Both the position numbers and the translations under genes were made by a program. From an uncultured virus (IMG/VR IMGVR_UViG_3300020046_001970) (lineage: Duplodnaviria > Heunggongvirae > Uroviricota > Caudoviricetes): DNA of 64,000 nt. The notes under the pieces are model-generated. The model did not search any database. It was not told where the DNA came from and saw nothing but the letters and a program-made list of their open reading frames with translations. The stretch lies in the IMG/VR virus record IMGVR_UViG_3300020046_001970, one strand, 5' to 3'. Of the stretch, positions 18,286 to 28,869 are shown piece after piece. Each line of letters starts with the position of its first letter. Position 1 is the stretch's first letter.

Positions 18286-19269
18286 GTGCCTAAGCCTCAA
18301 CTCAAAACTCCAATCACCGTATCATTCGGAGCCGAGAGCTTCTTTGTAACTCAGGACCTACTCCAGTTCCGCAGCCAACCAGGTAGGACGGCTATTCTCT
18401 TGGAGGGCTCGGACCTTACGGACCAGAGCTTAGTGAATCTCTGCTCAAGCCCCCCTATGGACTTTCTGGACCCTGCTACAACGAAGCCTTGTGTAGTTGT
18501 GGTAGACAATGCCCATAAGTTCAAGCCTGGGAAGGCGTTGAAGGCTTACTTGGAGGAGAAGGAAGACCTAAGCTGCATCTTAGCTTTGGCAGTGTACGGT
18601 AAACTCCCAACGTTTTGGGCTAAGTTGCCAGAGAAAAAGGTAACTCTGATTGAGCATCCAAAACTCAAGACCTGGGGTGCCAATGAGGTTGTGAGCTGGA
18701 TTGAGGTCACAGCGAGAGAGTTGGGGCTAACCCTAGACTCCACAGTCGCAAAGGCGATCTTTCACCTTACGAGTGGAGATCTATACCGCATAAATAGTGA
18801 ACTACGCAAGTTGCTCCTACTCGTAGGGGGGTCCACTCCAGTAACCGTCGAACACCTGCAATTGGTCCTATCTCCAGGCACTACAACTACGCCTTGGGAT
18901 GTTTCGGATGCAACCTTCAGTAAGAAGCCAAAATCGGCTCTCAACCTAGCGTCTTCGCTCTACCAACATGCCCCTGAGGATCCTTCTATGGTCATCCTAG
19001 GAGCACTCATGAGTCAGGCGGAAAGGCTTTTGATTGTAAGGTCTATGTTGGACTCGGGGGTTGAGTCAGAGGCCATAGCCTCACGACTGGGTATGCACCC
19101 CTATCGATTCAAGATGTCTCAGCTTCCGGCACAGGCAACCTTGTTTACACGGCATAGCTTGATAGCTGGGATGCAGTTGTTGTGCAATTTAGACGCCAAC
19201 CTAAAAGGCGGTAGCGGTTGCCAACGGCAAACGAATGTGGAATTAGCGATTCTTACTCTCTCAAGTTGA
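18286..19269 (+). CDS. holA: DNA polymerase III delta-like subunit
   Basis: FGAESFF, GDLYRINSELRKL, LGMHPYR, LDANLKGG. Confidence 0.8.
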   Translation: MPKPQLKTPITVSFGAESFFVTQDLLQFRSQPGRTAILLEGSDLTDQSLVNLCSSPPMDFLDPATTKPCVVVVDNAHKFKPGKALKAYLEEKEDLSCILALAVYGKLPTFWAKLPEKKVTLIEHPKLKTWGANEVVSWIEVTARELGLTLDSTVAKAIFHLTSGDLYRINSELRKLLLLVGGSTPVTVEHLQLVLSPGTTTTPWDVSDATFSKKPKSALNLASSLYQHAPEDPSMVILGALMSQAERLLIVRSMLDSGVESEAIASRLGMHPYRFKMSQLPAQATLFTRHSLIAGMQLLCNLDANLKGGSGCQRQTNVELAILTLSS

Positions 19270-19280
19270 AATAGGAAGCC

Positions 19281-22163
19281 ATGCCAAGCACTGAATCTAC
19301 TGCACCTCAGACAAAATCCGAACGGCTAATCACCCGACGCTTCACTCAAGATGGAGTTCCTTGGGATTGTGTTTGGGAGAAGAGAGAGGCAAAGATCACG
19401 GACCCAGACGGTACCGTGGTTTTCCAGTCTGATGCTGAGGTGCCATCCACCTTCTCTCAGCTAGCTACAGATATTGCAGCTAGTAAGTACTTCCGCAAGG
19501 CTGGTGTTGCTGGGGGCGGAGAGGTGTCGTTCAAGCAGGTCGTGTACCGTATAGCTAATACGATACGCAAAGCTGGAGAGAGTAGGGGTTACTTTTCTGA
19601 CCTTGAGGAGGCAAACGCTTTCGAGGCAGAGTTGTCCTACATGCTAACGACTCAAATGGGTGCGTTCAACTCGCCAGTATGGTTCAACTGTGGCCTATGG
19701 CAGCGGTATGGGATTAAGGGTGGGGCAGGTTTGTGGGCTTACAACGAAAGCTACAACCCAAGCCTTAACGGTCAAAACGAGCACCCAGAGATCATGGGGA
19801 TGGAGAATGCTTACGAGCGTCCCCAATCCTCAGCGTGCTTTATCCAGAGTGTGGATGACGACCTACGGAGCATCTACGACCTAGCCAAGAATGAGGCAAT
19901 GCTCTTCAAGTACGGGTCTGGTACAGGCTCAAACATGAGCTACCTTCGTAGTAAGTACGAGAAGTTGTCCGGAGGCGGACTATCTAGCGGTTTGATTAGC
20001 TTCCTAGAGATGCTTGACCGGGTAGCGGGCTCCACCAAGTCTGGTGGTACGACTAGGCGAGCTGCCGTTATGCGCTGCCTAGACATGGACCACCCTGAGA
20101 TCGTGGACTTCATCGAGTGGAAGTCTAGGGAGGAAAAGAAGGCTAAGGCTCTTATTGCTGCTGGTTGGCCTAGTGACTTCAACGGGGAGGCCTATCGAAC
20201 CGTATCAGGTCAAAACTCAAACAACTCTGTTCGGGTTACTGACGAGTTCATGCGTAACGTTCAATCGGACGGTGACTGGTCTACTGTGAGTCGTACTACT
20301 GGAGAGGTTTTACACACCTACAAGGCTAGAGACTTGTGGAGTAAGATTGCTGAGGCGGCTTGGCAGTGTGCAGACCCAGGATTGCAGTTCGACACCACCA
20401 TCAACGAGTGGCATACTTGCTCAAATACAGCGAAGATTAGGGCAAGTAACCCCTGCTCTGAGTTCATGTTCCTTGACGAGTCAGCTTGCAACCTGGCCAG
20501 CCTAAATCTGACCAAGTTCTTGCAGGAGGATGGGACATTTGATGTCGAGGCTTACCGCCACGCTATCCGAGTGTTTCTACTGGCTCAAGAGATCCTGGTA
20601 GACTTCTCGTCTTACCCAACAGAGCGTCTTTGTAAGACGAGTCATGACTATAGGCCTCTAGGTCTGGGGTACGCTAACCTAGGCACGTTATTGATGGTAT
20701 CTGGTATCCCTTACGACTCAGATAAGGGTCGAGCTATCGCAGGGTCTTTGACGGCCATACTCACGGGTCATGCCTACAAGGTAAGCGCTCAGATTGCTGC
20801 TAAGCGAGGCCCCTTCGCTGGCTACCTTAAGAACAAGGAGCCCATGCTCCAGGTTATTGGTAAGCATCGCTCAGCAGTGGCAGCCATCAACGATGGACTC
20901 ACTGGAGTTCTTTTCTCTGAACGGGCGCCAAACTACTTGATCCAAGCAGCCCAGCAAGACTGGGATGATGCCCTACGGCTAGGGGAGCAGTTCGGTTATC
21001 GGAACTCTCAGACCACTGTTCTTGCCCCTACAGGGACAATCGGGCTGTTGATGGATTGCGATACCACGGGCATCGAACCCGACTTCTCGCTGGTAAAGTA
21101 CAAGAAGCTGGCGGGTGGGGGTACGATCAAGATCGTAAACCAGTCCGTCACTAAAGCCCTCAAGAACTTGAAGTTCAGTGAGGACGATATTCGGTCGGTA
21201 CTCGCCTACGTAGAGCAGTACGATACGGTTGAAGGTTGCCCGCTTATTACTCCGAGCATGCTTCCAATCTTCGACTGTGCGAATAGGTGTGGAAAGAATG
21301 GTACAAGGTACCTAGCTCCGATGTCGCATGTGCTCATGATGGCTGCGGCTCAACCGTTCCTATCGGGAGCAATTAGCAAGACAGTCAACCTGCCCAACGA
21401 GTCTACGGTCGAGGAAATTAAGGACATTTACGAGCGTAGTTGGAGTCTAGGTCTGAAGGCCGTTGCGTTGTATCGCGATGGTTGCAAGTCCAGTCAACCT
21501 CTGAACTCCCAGGCAGACAAGACTAAGGAAGTCGAGGTAGCTCCTAGCAAGCCTTCAGAGGTGGCCGTCAAGACTCCAGAGGTGAAAGCCAAGGAGCCTG
21601 CTCAGAGGCCTACAGGGTCAAGGGTGCGGCTACCTACACGCAGGTCTGGGATAACCCAGGAGGCCAGGGTTGGTGGTCACAAGGTGTTCCTACGCACTGG
21701 AGAGTACGAGGATGGTTCGATAGGTGAGATCTTCATCGACATGCACAAGGAAGGAGCCACCTTCCGTAGCATCATGAATTGCCTAGCCATGTCTGTAAGT
21801 CTGGGGCTACAGCATGGGGTGCCTCTAGCGTCCTATGTGAGGCAGTTCACCTTCACTAAGTTTGAGCCGTCTGGCCCAGTCCTTGGACACGCTAAGGTGA
21901 AGCTGGCAACAAGTGTTGTTGACTATGTCTTTCGAAGCTTGGCTGTTGAGTACCTAGGTCGTGAGGACTTAGCTCACGTCAAGTCCGAGGCTTATGCTGA
22001 CGAAACCCCCAAGGGACCTTTGACCGAGTCAATCTCAGCTGACCAGCACCATGCGGAGATGATGGGGGACGCTCCTGCTTGTGACGGTTGTGGGCACATT
22101 ACAGTCCGCAATGGTACCTGCTATAGGTGCTTGAATTGCGGGAATAGTATGGGATGCTCCTAA
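19281..22163 (+). CDS. nrdJ: class II (B12-dependent) ribonucleotide reductase
   Basis: FNSPVWFN, SACFI, SNPCSE, ACNLASLNL, LAPTGT, C-terminal CxxC..CYRCLNCG. Confidence 0.95.
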   Translation: MPSTESTAPQTKSERLITRRFTQDGVPWDCVWEKREAKITDPDGTVVFQSDAEVPSTFSQLATDIAASKYFRKAGVAGGGEVSFKQVVYRIANTIRKAGESRGYFSDLEEANAFEAELSYMLTTQMGAFNSPVWFNCGLWQRYGIKGGAGLWAYNESYNPSLNGQNEHPEIMGMENAYERPQSSACFIQSVDDDLRSIYDLAKNEAMLFKYGSGTGSNMSYLRSKYEKLSGGGLSSGLISFLEMLDRVAGSTKSGGTTRRAAVMRCLDMDHPEIVDFIEWKSREEKKAKALIAAGWPSDFNGEAYRTVSGQNSNNSVRVTDEFMRNVQSDGDWSTVSRTTGEVLHTYKARDLWSKIAEAAWQCADPGLQFDTTINEWHTCSNTAKIRASNPCSEFMFLDESACNLASLNLTKFLQEDGTFDVEAYRHAIRVFLLAQEILVDFSSYPTERLCKTSHDYRPLGLGYANLGTLLMVSGIPYDSDKGRAIAGSLTAILTGHAYKVSAQIAAKRGPFAGYLKNKEPMLQVIGKHRSAVAAINDGLTGVLFSERAPNYLIQAAQQDWDDALRLGEQFGYRNSQTTVLAPTGTIGLLMDCDTTGIEPDFSLVKYKKLAGGGTIKIVNQSVTKALKNLKFSEDDIRSVLAYVEQYDTVEGCPLITPSMLPIFDCANRCGKNGTRYLAPMSHVLMMAAAQPFLSGAISKTVNLPNESTVEEIKDIYERSWSLGLKAVALYRDGCKSSQPLNSQADKTKEVEVAPSKPSEVAVKTPEVKAKEPAQRPTGSRVRLPTRRSGITQEARVGGHKVFLRTGEYEDGSIGEIFIDMHKEGATFRSIMNCLAMSVSLGLQHGVPLASYVRQFTFTKFEPSGPVLGHAKVKLATSVVDYVFRSLAVEYLGREDLAHVKSEAYADETPKGPLTESISADQHHAEMMGDAPACDGCGHITVRNGTCYRCLNCGNSMGCS

Positions 22164-22182
22164 CCTAGTCTCGTAGGTCGAA

Positions 22183-22227
22183 AAAGAGGAGAGGTGCCCT
22201 GAATTTTGAGGGGCACCTCTCCTCTTT
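22183..22227 (+). terminator. intrinsic (possibly bidirectional) terminator
   Basis: AAAGAGGAGAGGTGCCC/GGGCACCTCTCCTCTTT. Confidence 0.75.
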
Positions 22228-22241
22228 GGTGTATAGGAGGT

Positions 22242-22505
22242 ATGTCAGATTCCTACCTAACTAAGGACACTTTCATTGTAGAAGGCATCGTGGAGCTAGA
22301 CCCTATGTCGGGGCGTTACGTTATCCGACAAGTAGAGGAGGAGTTCGAGTCTCAATCCAAGATGGTAGGTGTATTCGATCCTCAAGCTGCCCTGGCCACC
22401 CTACATGGGCAGGAGGTACGAGTTATTGTCGTACCTTTGGCAACCGTTCAGGCTGTGGAGAAAACCCTTCAAGCCCTTGAGGCTTCTTCCAAAGAAGGGT
22501 CCTAG
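22242..22505 (+). CDS. hypothetical protein
   Basis: AGGAGG upstream of ATG 22242. Confidence 0.7.
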   Translation: MSDSYLTKDTFIVEGIVELDPMSGRYVIRQVEEEFESQSKMVGVFDPQAALATLHGQEVRVIVVPLATVQAVEKTLQALEASSKEGS

Positions 22506-22506
22506 T

Positions 22507-24678
22507 GTGGATACGATTACCGGTATAGTTAGCGCTGTAACCTACGTTAGCGGAGATTTTTTCATCTTCTCAGTGGAGCTTGACAGTGGGAAGGTGTGTA
22601 CCTGTAAGGGTAATCTACTAGGGGTTAAGGGGTTATCTGCTGGAGTCCCATTAGAGCTTACCGGTAAGTGGGTAAATCACCCGAAGTATGGGAGACAGTT
22701 GGAGCTACACAGCTGGGATGTTTACCCACTGTCTGAGTCTGGGGCAGACAAATTCCTAACTTGCTGCTTAGGTCTGGACTACACCTTAGTTGGTGTGTTG
22801 TTATCCACGTTTGGTGTAGGCGTCATTCAAGTAATTCGGGAGACCCCAGAAAAGCTTAACAGTATTGACGGACTAGAGGAGGGTCAAGTCGAGAGTGTGG
22901 TAGAGGCTTGGGCCCTTGTACAAGCAGCAAAAGACCTAGCAGGGTTCTTCTCAGATCACACGGTGACTTCTAGTCAGGTTCGAGCTATCTTTTCTTTGTT
23001 CGGAGCCGACTCGAAGGCAGTTATCACGGAGAATCCATATCGCCTCCTGGAAGCGGACGGGTTTTCCTTCAATCAGGTAGACTCCATTGCCTCGAACTTG
23101 AAAGTCTCTCGTCAGGACTCTCGTAGGTTGGAGGGTGCTGTACTGTGGCTACTACGAGAGTCTGCCCTTTCGGGGCACCTTTGCTTGAAGTTGGACTCAT
23201 TAGCTACACACCTAAAAGAACTACTGAGGCAGTACCCCGAAGTTGACTCGTTTAGAGAGCTTGGTTTGGGGGCGGATTTACTCGTAGCTGTCCAACGCTT
23301 AGAGTCTCGTGATGTCGTGAAGGTGGATGAGGTTGGGGTTTACCTAGGCGTCCATTACAAACACGAGAGGGACTCCGCTTCCCACCTAGCTAAGTTCCTG
23401 ACTCCGCTCAAACTAGAAGTGGATGCTGAGGACTTCCTTAACAACTACGAGATGACGCACCAGATAAAGCTTTCAGATGCTCAGCGAGTTGCAGTAGAGC
23501 AGCTGACAAAGCATCGAGTGTTGGTCCTTACAGGATTGCCTGGTACGGGTAAAACTACGGTGATTAAGGCCATCGTAAGTCTATTCGAGAGAGCTGCGAT
23601 TCAGTTTACTCTGATGGCCCCTACCGGTATTGCGGCAAAACGACTGGCGTCTGTGACGGGGCATCCAGCGGCTACGATTCACAGGACACTACGGTACGAT
23701 GGGGACACCTGGGGTTACGACCACCTCAACAAGTACCCTATTGGAGCTGTAATTGTAGATGAGCTGTCCATGGTCAGCATGGAGTTGTTCTACCGAGTCC
23801 TTACGTCCCTAGATGAGAGTACCATCCTTGTGCTTGTTGGAGATGACGCTCAGCTCCCCTCGGTAGGTCCAGGTAATGTGCTGCGAGAGCTGGCAAATTG
23901 CCCAGCGTTACCTACAGTGAGGTTGACTCAGATCTTTAGGCAAGCTGAGCAAAGCTCTATCGTCGTCAACTCCCACAGGGTAAATAGGGGGGAGTCGATC
24001 CTTGCTGGCGGTGTAGACTCTGACCTCAGGTTCGTACCCATTGCGGAGGAACCTCAAATTGCAGAGTTGATTGTCCAGATGGCCGTTAAGCTGAAGCATC
24101 GGGACGCCAACTTCCAGGTTCTTACGCCAAAGTATGATGGGGTGGTGGGGGTAAATTCCTTGAATGACCTCCTACGAGAGGCCTTAAATCCAGAGTCCTC
24201 TTACAAGAAAGAATGGTCAAGCGGCTCCCTGAGGTTTCGCGAGGGGGACCGTTTGATGATCATCAAAAACGACTACAAGCTTGGGGTGTACAACGGGGAC
24301 ATGGGTAAGTTGATGGCGGTAAAGACCGACCACTTTATTGTCCGTATTCACGGGATTGGGGAGGGCGGCTTGGACGTGTACGTAGAGTTCCCCAAAAAGG
24401 ATGTGCTGCAAAAGCTACGTTTGGCCTATGCGATTACGGTACACAAGAGTCAAGGGTCTGAATTTGACACGGTCATCCTACCCGTTGTTAGCAGCCAAGG
24501 TAGGATGTTGCAGCGCAACCTGTTCTACACGGCCATAACGAGAGCCAAGCGTAAAGTTTGGCTCTTGGGTGGAAGTGATGCCGTACGCAGAGCAATAGCC
24601 AATGACCAGGTAGTTCAACGAAATACTGGGTTGTCTTTGGCAGTCGAGAACTCCTTTAAGCAGTTGACAGGAAACTAA
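22507..24678 (+). CDS. recD2: RecD2-like SF1B helicase
   Basis: HPKYGRQ, GLPGTGKTT, APTGIAA, DELSM, GDDAQLPSVGPG, AYAITVHKSQGSEF. Confidence 0.95.
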   Translation: MDTITGIVSAVTYVSGDFFIFSVELDSGKVCTCKGNLLGVKGLSAGVPLELTGKWVNHPKYGRQLELHSWDVYPLSESGADKFLTCCLGLDYTLVGVLLSTFGVGVIQVIRETPEKLNSIDGLEEGQVESVVEAWALVQAAKDLAGFFSDHTVTSSQVRAIFSLFGADSKAVITENPYRLLEADGFSFNQVDSIASNLKVSRQDSRRLEGAVLWLLRESALSGHLCLKLDSLATHLKELLRQYPEVDSFRELGLGADLLVAVQRLESRDVVKVDEVGVYLGVHYKHERDSASHLAKFLTPLKLEVDAEDFLNNYEMTHQIKLSDAQRVAVEQLTKHRVLVLTGLPGTGKTTVIKAIVSLFERAAIQFTLMAPTGIAAKRLASVTGHPAATIHRTLRYDGDTWGYDHLNKYPIGAVIVDELSMVSMELFYRVLTSLDESTILVLVGDDAQLPSVGPGNVLRELANCPALPTVRLTQIFRQAEQSSIVVNSHRVNRGESILAGGVDSDLRFVPIAEEPQIAELIVQMAVKLKHRDANFQVLTPKYDGVVGVNSLNDLLREALNPESSYKKEWSSGSLRFREGDRLMIIKNDYKLGVYNGDMGKLMAVKTDHFIVRIHGIGEGGLDVYVEFPKKDVLQKLRLAYAITVHKSQGSEFDTVILPVVSSQGRMLQRNLFYTAITRAKRKVWLLGGSDAVRRAIANDQVVQRNTGLSLAVENSFKQLTGN

Positions 24679-24681
24679 CCC

Positions 24682-25890
24682 ATGGACTCTGATCGTATTG
24701 AGCAGGTATACACTGAGCTATTTAGTATGGGTATTGAGCTAGACTCAGACCCTACAATCTCTGGCCCTCGGTACCTGAATGAGGTTGTGGCTAGGTGCCG
24801 CAACTACATGAATAGGGTAACGATGATGCTGCTGGAGTTGCAACGAGAGAATCGTGCGCTTTCTAAGGCGGTTGCTGGTCTGAAGCTGGAGTTCAAGATC
24901 GAGTTTGACCAGCTGATAGCAGAGAATGACTCCATTAAGCGGCTACCCAACATCAAAGATAGGGAGTCTACTGCGAATGTGATGCTGGCTGCGAAAAGGA
25001 GGGAGATTGCAGATCTGGAGCTACAGATCTCAGACCTAGATACAATCGAGAAGACGGTTCGCCTTAGGCACCAAGAGTTAGTGCGAACCAGCGATAACAT
25101 CAAAACTCAACGCTCCTTGTTGCAGACCGATCGTAATACCGGTGCAGGGTACGGAGATGAGAGTAGGGGCGACTCTAGGGATACTACCGCTAGCTCTATC
25201 GACGAGAGTGAGCTAGATAGGCTACTCCAGGAGTTGAGTCCTGGGGCTGCCCCTGCCCCTGCTCCTGCTCCTGTTGAACCAGAGGCACTCACAGAGGCAC
25301 TCCCAGAGGCCTCTGTGAGGTTCTACGAGACCACCAGAAACGACCTTCTAGGTTACGAGCGGACTAGTGCCGATGCTCTAGCCGACGAAGAGGGTAAGGT
25401 CATCGCGGCTATAGTGAAGGAGGCTCCAACTCCTGAGGCCTCTCCTACCCTCCTTGAGGAGGTTGTCACTGAGGCCTCCTCGCGCCTGATTCAGAGGAGG
25501 TCATTGACCTCGACAAGCTCTTCTACCCCTGAGGCTCCTACCCCTGAGGTCTCTCCTATCCCTGAGGCTCCTACCCCTGAGGTCTCTCCTATCCCTGAGG
25601 CTCCTACTCCTGAGGCTCCTACCCCTGAGGCTCCTACCCCTGAGGCTCCTACCCCTGAGGCTCCTACTCCTCCTGCCTCTGAGGCGACCGAAGACTTTGA
25701 ACTCTCCAGGTTCCTAGATGATGTGGGGCGCGACACTCCTAACCTTATCGCAACCCCCAAGGACTCCCCCAAGGAGGCGACTACAAGCAGCAAGGCCAAG
25801 GCCTCTAAGCCTACTAGTAAGGAGGTAACGAAGCCAAATATCGACGACTTCTCAGACTTCGACTTTGCGGAAATCTTAAGTAAGATGTAG
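24682..25890 (+). CDS. hypothetical coiled-coil protein with PEAPT repeats and acidic tail
   Basis: 402-aa ORF. Confidence 0.8.
   Translation: MDSDRIEQVYTELFSMGIELDSDPTISGPRYLNEVVARCRNYMNRVTMMLLELQRENRALSKAVAGLKLEFKIEFDQLIAENDSIKRLPNIKDRESTANVMLAAKRREIADLELQISDLDTIEKTVRLRHQELVRTSDNIKTQRSLLQTDRNTGAGYGDESRGDSRDTTASSIDESELDRLLQELSPGAAPAPAPAPVEPEALTEALPEASVRFYETTRNDLLGYERTSADALADEEGKVIAAIVKEAPTPEASPTLLEEVVTEASSRLIQRRSLTSTSSSTPEAPTPEVSPIPEAPTPEVSPIPEAPTPEAPTPEAPTPEAPTPEAPTPPASEATEDFELSRFLDDVGRDTPNLIATPKDSPKEATTSSKAKASKPTSKEVTKPNIDDFSDFDFAEILSKM
25528..25680 (+). repeat. coding 15-bp minisatellite (CCTGAGGCTCCTACC; PEAPT/PEVSPI)
   Basis: about nine in-frame tandem units. Confidence 0.9.
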
Positions 25891-26044
25891 TGGACAAAAT
25901 GTGACTCGTGTGGTAACCTTCGTGTAGAGAGTTAACTGGATAGGAAGCTCGTTCTTCTGCCTTAGTAAGCTCTCAACTAACCAGCCTGTTCCTGGCAATA
26001 TCCTTTGGAATATCCAGGCGGCACGTTTAATCAGCAAAAGGAAA

Positions 26045-26914
26045 ATGATCATGGGCGATTACGATCTTGAGGATGATGACATTGGTCTTGGCGATGAGGA
26101 CCGTCATCGTGTCAATAGTACCAAGACTGACTGGTACAAGGGTGAAAAGGGTAGAACGGATCGTGTAGCGATCGTCTACTTCAACTCAGTGGAGATGACC
26201 TCTCTACGTCGGGCCCTTCGCGCAGACCCCAAACTAGCGGATGCTCAAAAACGAGAAGTAGTTGAGCAGGCAAAGCTTTCGGTCGCCAAGAAGTTGAACA
26301 AGTCCGCTGACCTCTTGGATGAGGTGGACTTGTTGGACCTTACCGAGGCACGCTTTAAGCCGGTATCTGGGTACTACTCTAAGACCCCTGGGTTGGGTTA
26401 CATTGCAGCGCCAAAGGGTACCCTAAGCGCAGAGGACGCGAAAGTGTTCGAGAAGTTGGGGGAGCGTAAGGATTACCTATGCACTCTCCTTGTGGTTTAC
26501 CCCACTGACCGAGAGGGTGAGCTTACGAGCAAGGAAGACTTGATCCGTAAGTTCAAGATCATGCCTTGGCGATTCCCAGCCGAGAAGTATGAGGTAATCC
26601 GCAAGATCAACAAGGGTCTCGTGGAGAGCAATAGTACGGTATCCTCAGTAGACCTCAGTATCTCTTGTACGGATACCGGGTTCCAGAAGATGACCATTAC
26701 TCAGTGCGGTCCTGCACTGTACCAGAGAAACGATAACTTCCGTAGGCTGGTCCTAACGAAGGCGATTGCTTCCTACAAGAAGCTATCCCCCTTCCGTGAG
26801 ATGAGCGTGGACGACCTACGAGAGAAGCTTGGGATGTCTTCCGGAGGAGGGGTTGTGTCCCCTGGTTCGGACCTCTCTACAGAAGACTTCACCAACATTC
26901 TGAACAACGTCTGA
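26045..26914 (+). CDS. putative ssDNA-binding protein
   Basis: position in the recombination cluster, aromatic-rich core, acidic C-terminus; no diagnostic motif. Confidence 0.4.
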   Translation: MIMGDYDLEDDDIGLGDEDRHRVNSTKTDWYKGEKGRTDRVAIVYFNSVEMTSLRRALRADPKLADAQKREVVEQAKLSVAKKLNKSADLLDEVDLLDLTEARFKPVSGYYSKTPGLGYIAAPKGTLSAEDAKVFEKLGERKDYLCTLLVVYPTDREGELTSKEDLIRKFKIMPWRFPAEKYEVIRKINKGLVESNSTVSSVDLSISCTDTGFQKMTITQCGPALYQRNDNFRRLVLTKAIASYKKLSPFREMSVDDLREKLGMSSGGGVVSPGSDLSTEDFTNILNNV

Positions 26915-26925
26915 CGTTACCCCCT

Positions 26926-26961
26926 AAGGGGAAGGGGCTTTAATGTAGCTCCTTCCCCTTT
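26926..26961 (+). terminator. intrinsic terminator
   Basis: AAGGGGAAGGGGCT/AGCTCCTTCCCCTT. Confidence 0.65.
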
Positions 26962-26980
26962 CGCCTTTGTTTGAGGGGTA

Positions 26981-27622
26981 ATGCTGTCTATTGGTTTAGA
27001 CCCATCGATGTCTGGGTTTGGTTGGTGCGTCCACGACTCAAACGCCCTAGGTAAGTCTAGGGTTCTGGATAAGGGTAGGTTCGCAAGTCCATCCTCTGCG
27101 GCATTCATTAGTCGCTATATTGGACTTAGGGCTTGCGTTTGTGACTTGCTGGATGGTTGGCCAGAGGTGACTCATGTTGGTGTAGAGTCTCCTCCGTTTG
27201 GGGAGCTGTGGTCAGAGGGTTTGTACGGGCTGTTCTTGTACGTGAATGAGGCTATCTACACGCGTAAGCGGGATGTAGTCTACTTTGATCCTCTCACACT
27301 GAAGTACCTAACTAAGGAGGATCCTACCCTACGACAAGGTAAGATGTTCAAGGCAGACATGATCGCCTTGGCAAAGGCCGACACTGGCATCGTAAAGTGG
27401 AGTGCCGATGAGGCGGATGCTTACCACCTAGCTAGATTTGCAGCTAGGTTTTGGAGTTTGATGGACGGGACAATCACCCAAGACGTCCTGTTACCCACTG
27501 AGCAACGAGTGTTTCTACGTGAGCAAACCTTCACCAAAGGCAAGCATAAGGGGGAGACTCACCAGGACGGGACAATATTTCGTGAGAACGACAGATTCTT
27601 TAGATTCTCGGAGCGCAAATGA
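26981..27622 (+). CDS. RuvC-like Holliday junction resolvase
   Basis: IGLDPSMSGFGW, VGVES, DEADAY. Confidence 0.8.
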   Translation: MLSIGLDPSMSGFGWCVHDSNALGKSRVLDKGRFASPSSAAFISRYIGLRACVCDLLDGWPEVTHVGVESPPFGELWSEGLYGLFLYVNEAIYTRKRDVVYFDPLTLKYLTKEDPTLRQGKMFKADMIALAKADTGIVKWSADEADAYHLARFAARFWSLMDGTITQDVLLPTEQRVFLREQTFTKGKHKGETHQDGTIFRENDRFFRFSERK

Positions 27623-28869
27623 GTAAGATCGCTGCTACTACGGTAAAGTCTCAACCCAAAGACAAGTCTTCAGTGACTAGGGCGAATGTTCTAGGGGCTT
27701 TAGCCGCTATCAAGAAGATAACTGGGGCAACTCCAGTTGGGTCTACTACGGTTACGTTCCCCCATATTCCATCCAACATCATCCAGATAGACAACCTTTT
27801 GGGGGGCAGTCCACTACCAGACGGTAGTGGACTGACATGTCCAGGCTACGCAAGAGGTCGCATTATCGAGGTGTATGGTGCTGAGTCTAGCGGCAAGACT
27901 ACCCTAGCTTTGGGGGCAATAGGGAATGTGCGTAAGATGGGAGGCACGTCCATGTTCCTGGACTTCGAGAACTCCCTGCACCATGGGTACGCTCAGAAAG
28001 TCATTGGAGGCCCCTTCAACGATACGGACACAATCTGCTATGCGCCTGACACGCTTGAAGATGGCTTCAAGATGCTGTACATCGCAATCAAGGCTGGATT
28101 CGACCTGATTGTTGTTGACTCTGTTGCGGCTATGATTCCGAAGAAGGAGCTGGACAAGAAGCTAGGGGATGTTGCGGCTATTGGCGCCCTCGCACGAGCT
28201 ATGTCGGAGAATATCTCTAAGCTCGTTCAGTGGCAGAAGAAGGCCCCAAACACAGTGGTTATGCTGCTGAATCAGATTCGGTCTACGATTACATCCGGAC
28301 CTGGGGACAACGAGACTACAGCTGGTGGAAAGGCAGTGAAGTTCTACGCAACTCACCGTCTCAAGCTCACTCGGATTCGTTCGGACATTATCGAGAGAGT
28401 CGATCTAAACACTGGCAAGAAGAAGAAGGTCCCATTCGGAAACGTCACCCTCGTGAAGGTGGTGAAAAACAAGCTGGATGGTAAGCAGGGACATACGGCC
28501 GAAGTCTTCATTCGGTACGGGTACGGGCTAGACGAGTTCATGTCCCTCATTGAGTGCGGCATCCCAAGGAAAATTATCCACAAGGATGGTGCTACTTACA
28601 CCTACAATGGTGAGAAGTTCAAGGGTAAGGATCGACTGCGCAAGTACCTCATTGAGAACCCTAAAGCTGCTGCGGAGCTTCGCGCAAAGATCCACAAGGC
28701 CCTACTCCAGGAGAAACCTGAGGCGGCATCTCAGGAGGAAGACGTAGAGGATGACGACATCCAGTCTGACTCGACGGCTGGAATCTCTGATGATGACCAA
28801 GCGGATAGTGGTATTGACGAGGAAGCGCTAGATGTAGCTATGTCCGCAGAAGAGCTTCCTGAGGGCTAA
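27619..28869 (+). CDS. recA: RecA recombinase
   Basis: GRIIEVYGAESSGKTTL, IVVDSVAAM, NQIR, GGKAVKFYA, KVVKNK. Confidence 0.95.
   Translation: MSKIAATTVKSQPKDKSSVTRANVLGALAAIKKITGATPVGSTTVTFPHIPSNIIQIDNLLGGSPLPDGSGLTCPGYARGRIIEVYGAESSGKTTLALGAIGNVRKMGGTSMFLDFENSLHHGYAQKVIGGPFNDTDTICYAPDTLEDGFKMLYIAIKAGFDLIVVDSVAAMIPKKELDKKLGDVAAIGALARAMSENISKLVQWQKKAPNTVVMLLNQIRSTITSGPGDNETTAGGKAVKFYATHRLKLTRIRSDIIERVDLNTGKKKKVPFGNVTLVKVVKNKLDGKQGHTAEVFIRYGYGLDEFMSLIECGIPRKIIHKDGATYTYNGEKFKGKDRLRKYLIENPKAAAELRAKIHKALLQEKPEAASQEEDVEDDDIQSDSTAGISDDDQADSGIDEEALDVAMSAEELPEG

Noticed and set aside
25528..25680. CRISPR-like array
   Set aside because: In-frame 15/18-bp coding repeats without unique spacers. The Cas4-like gene at 31063 sits in a recombination operon with no other cas genes.
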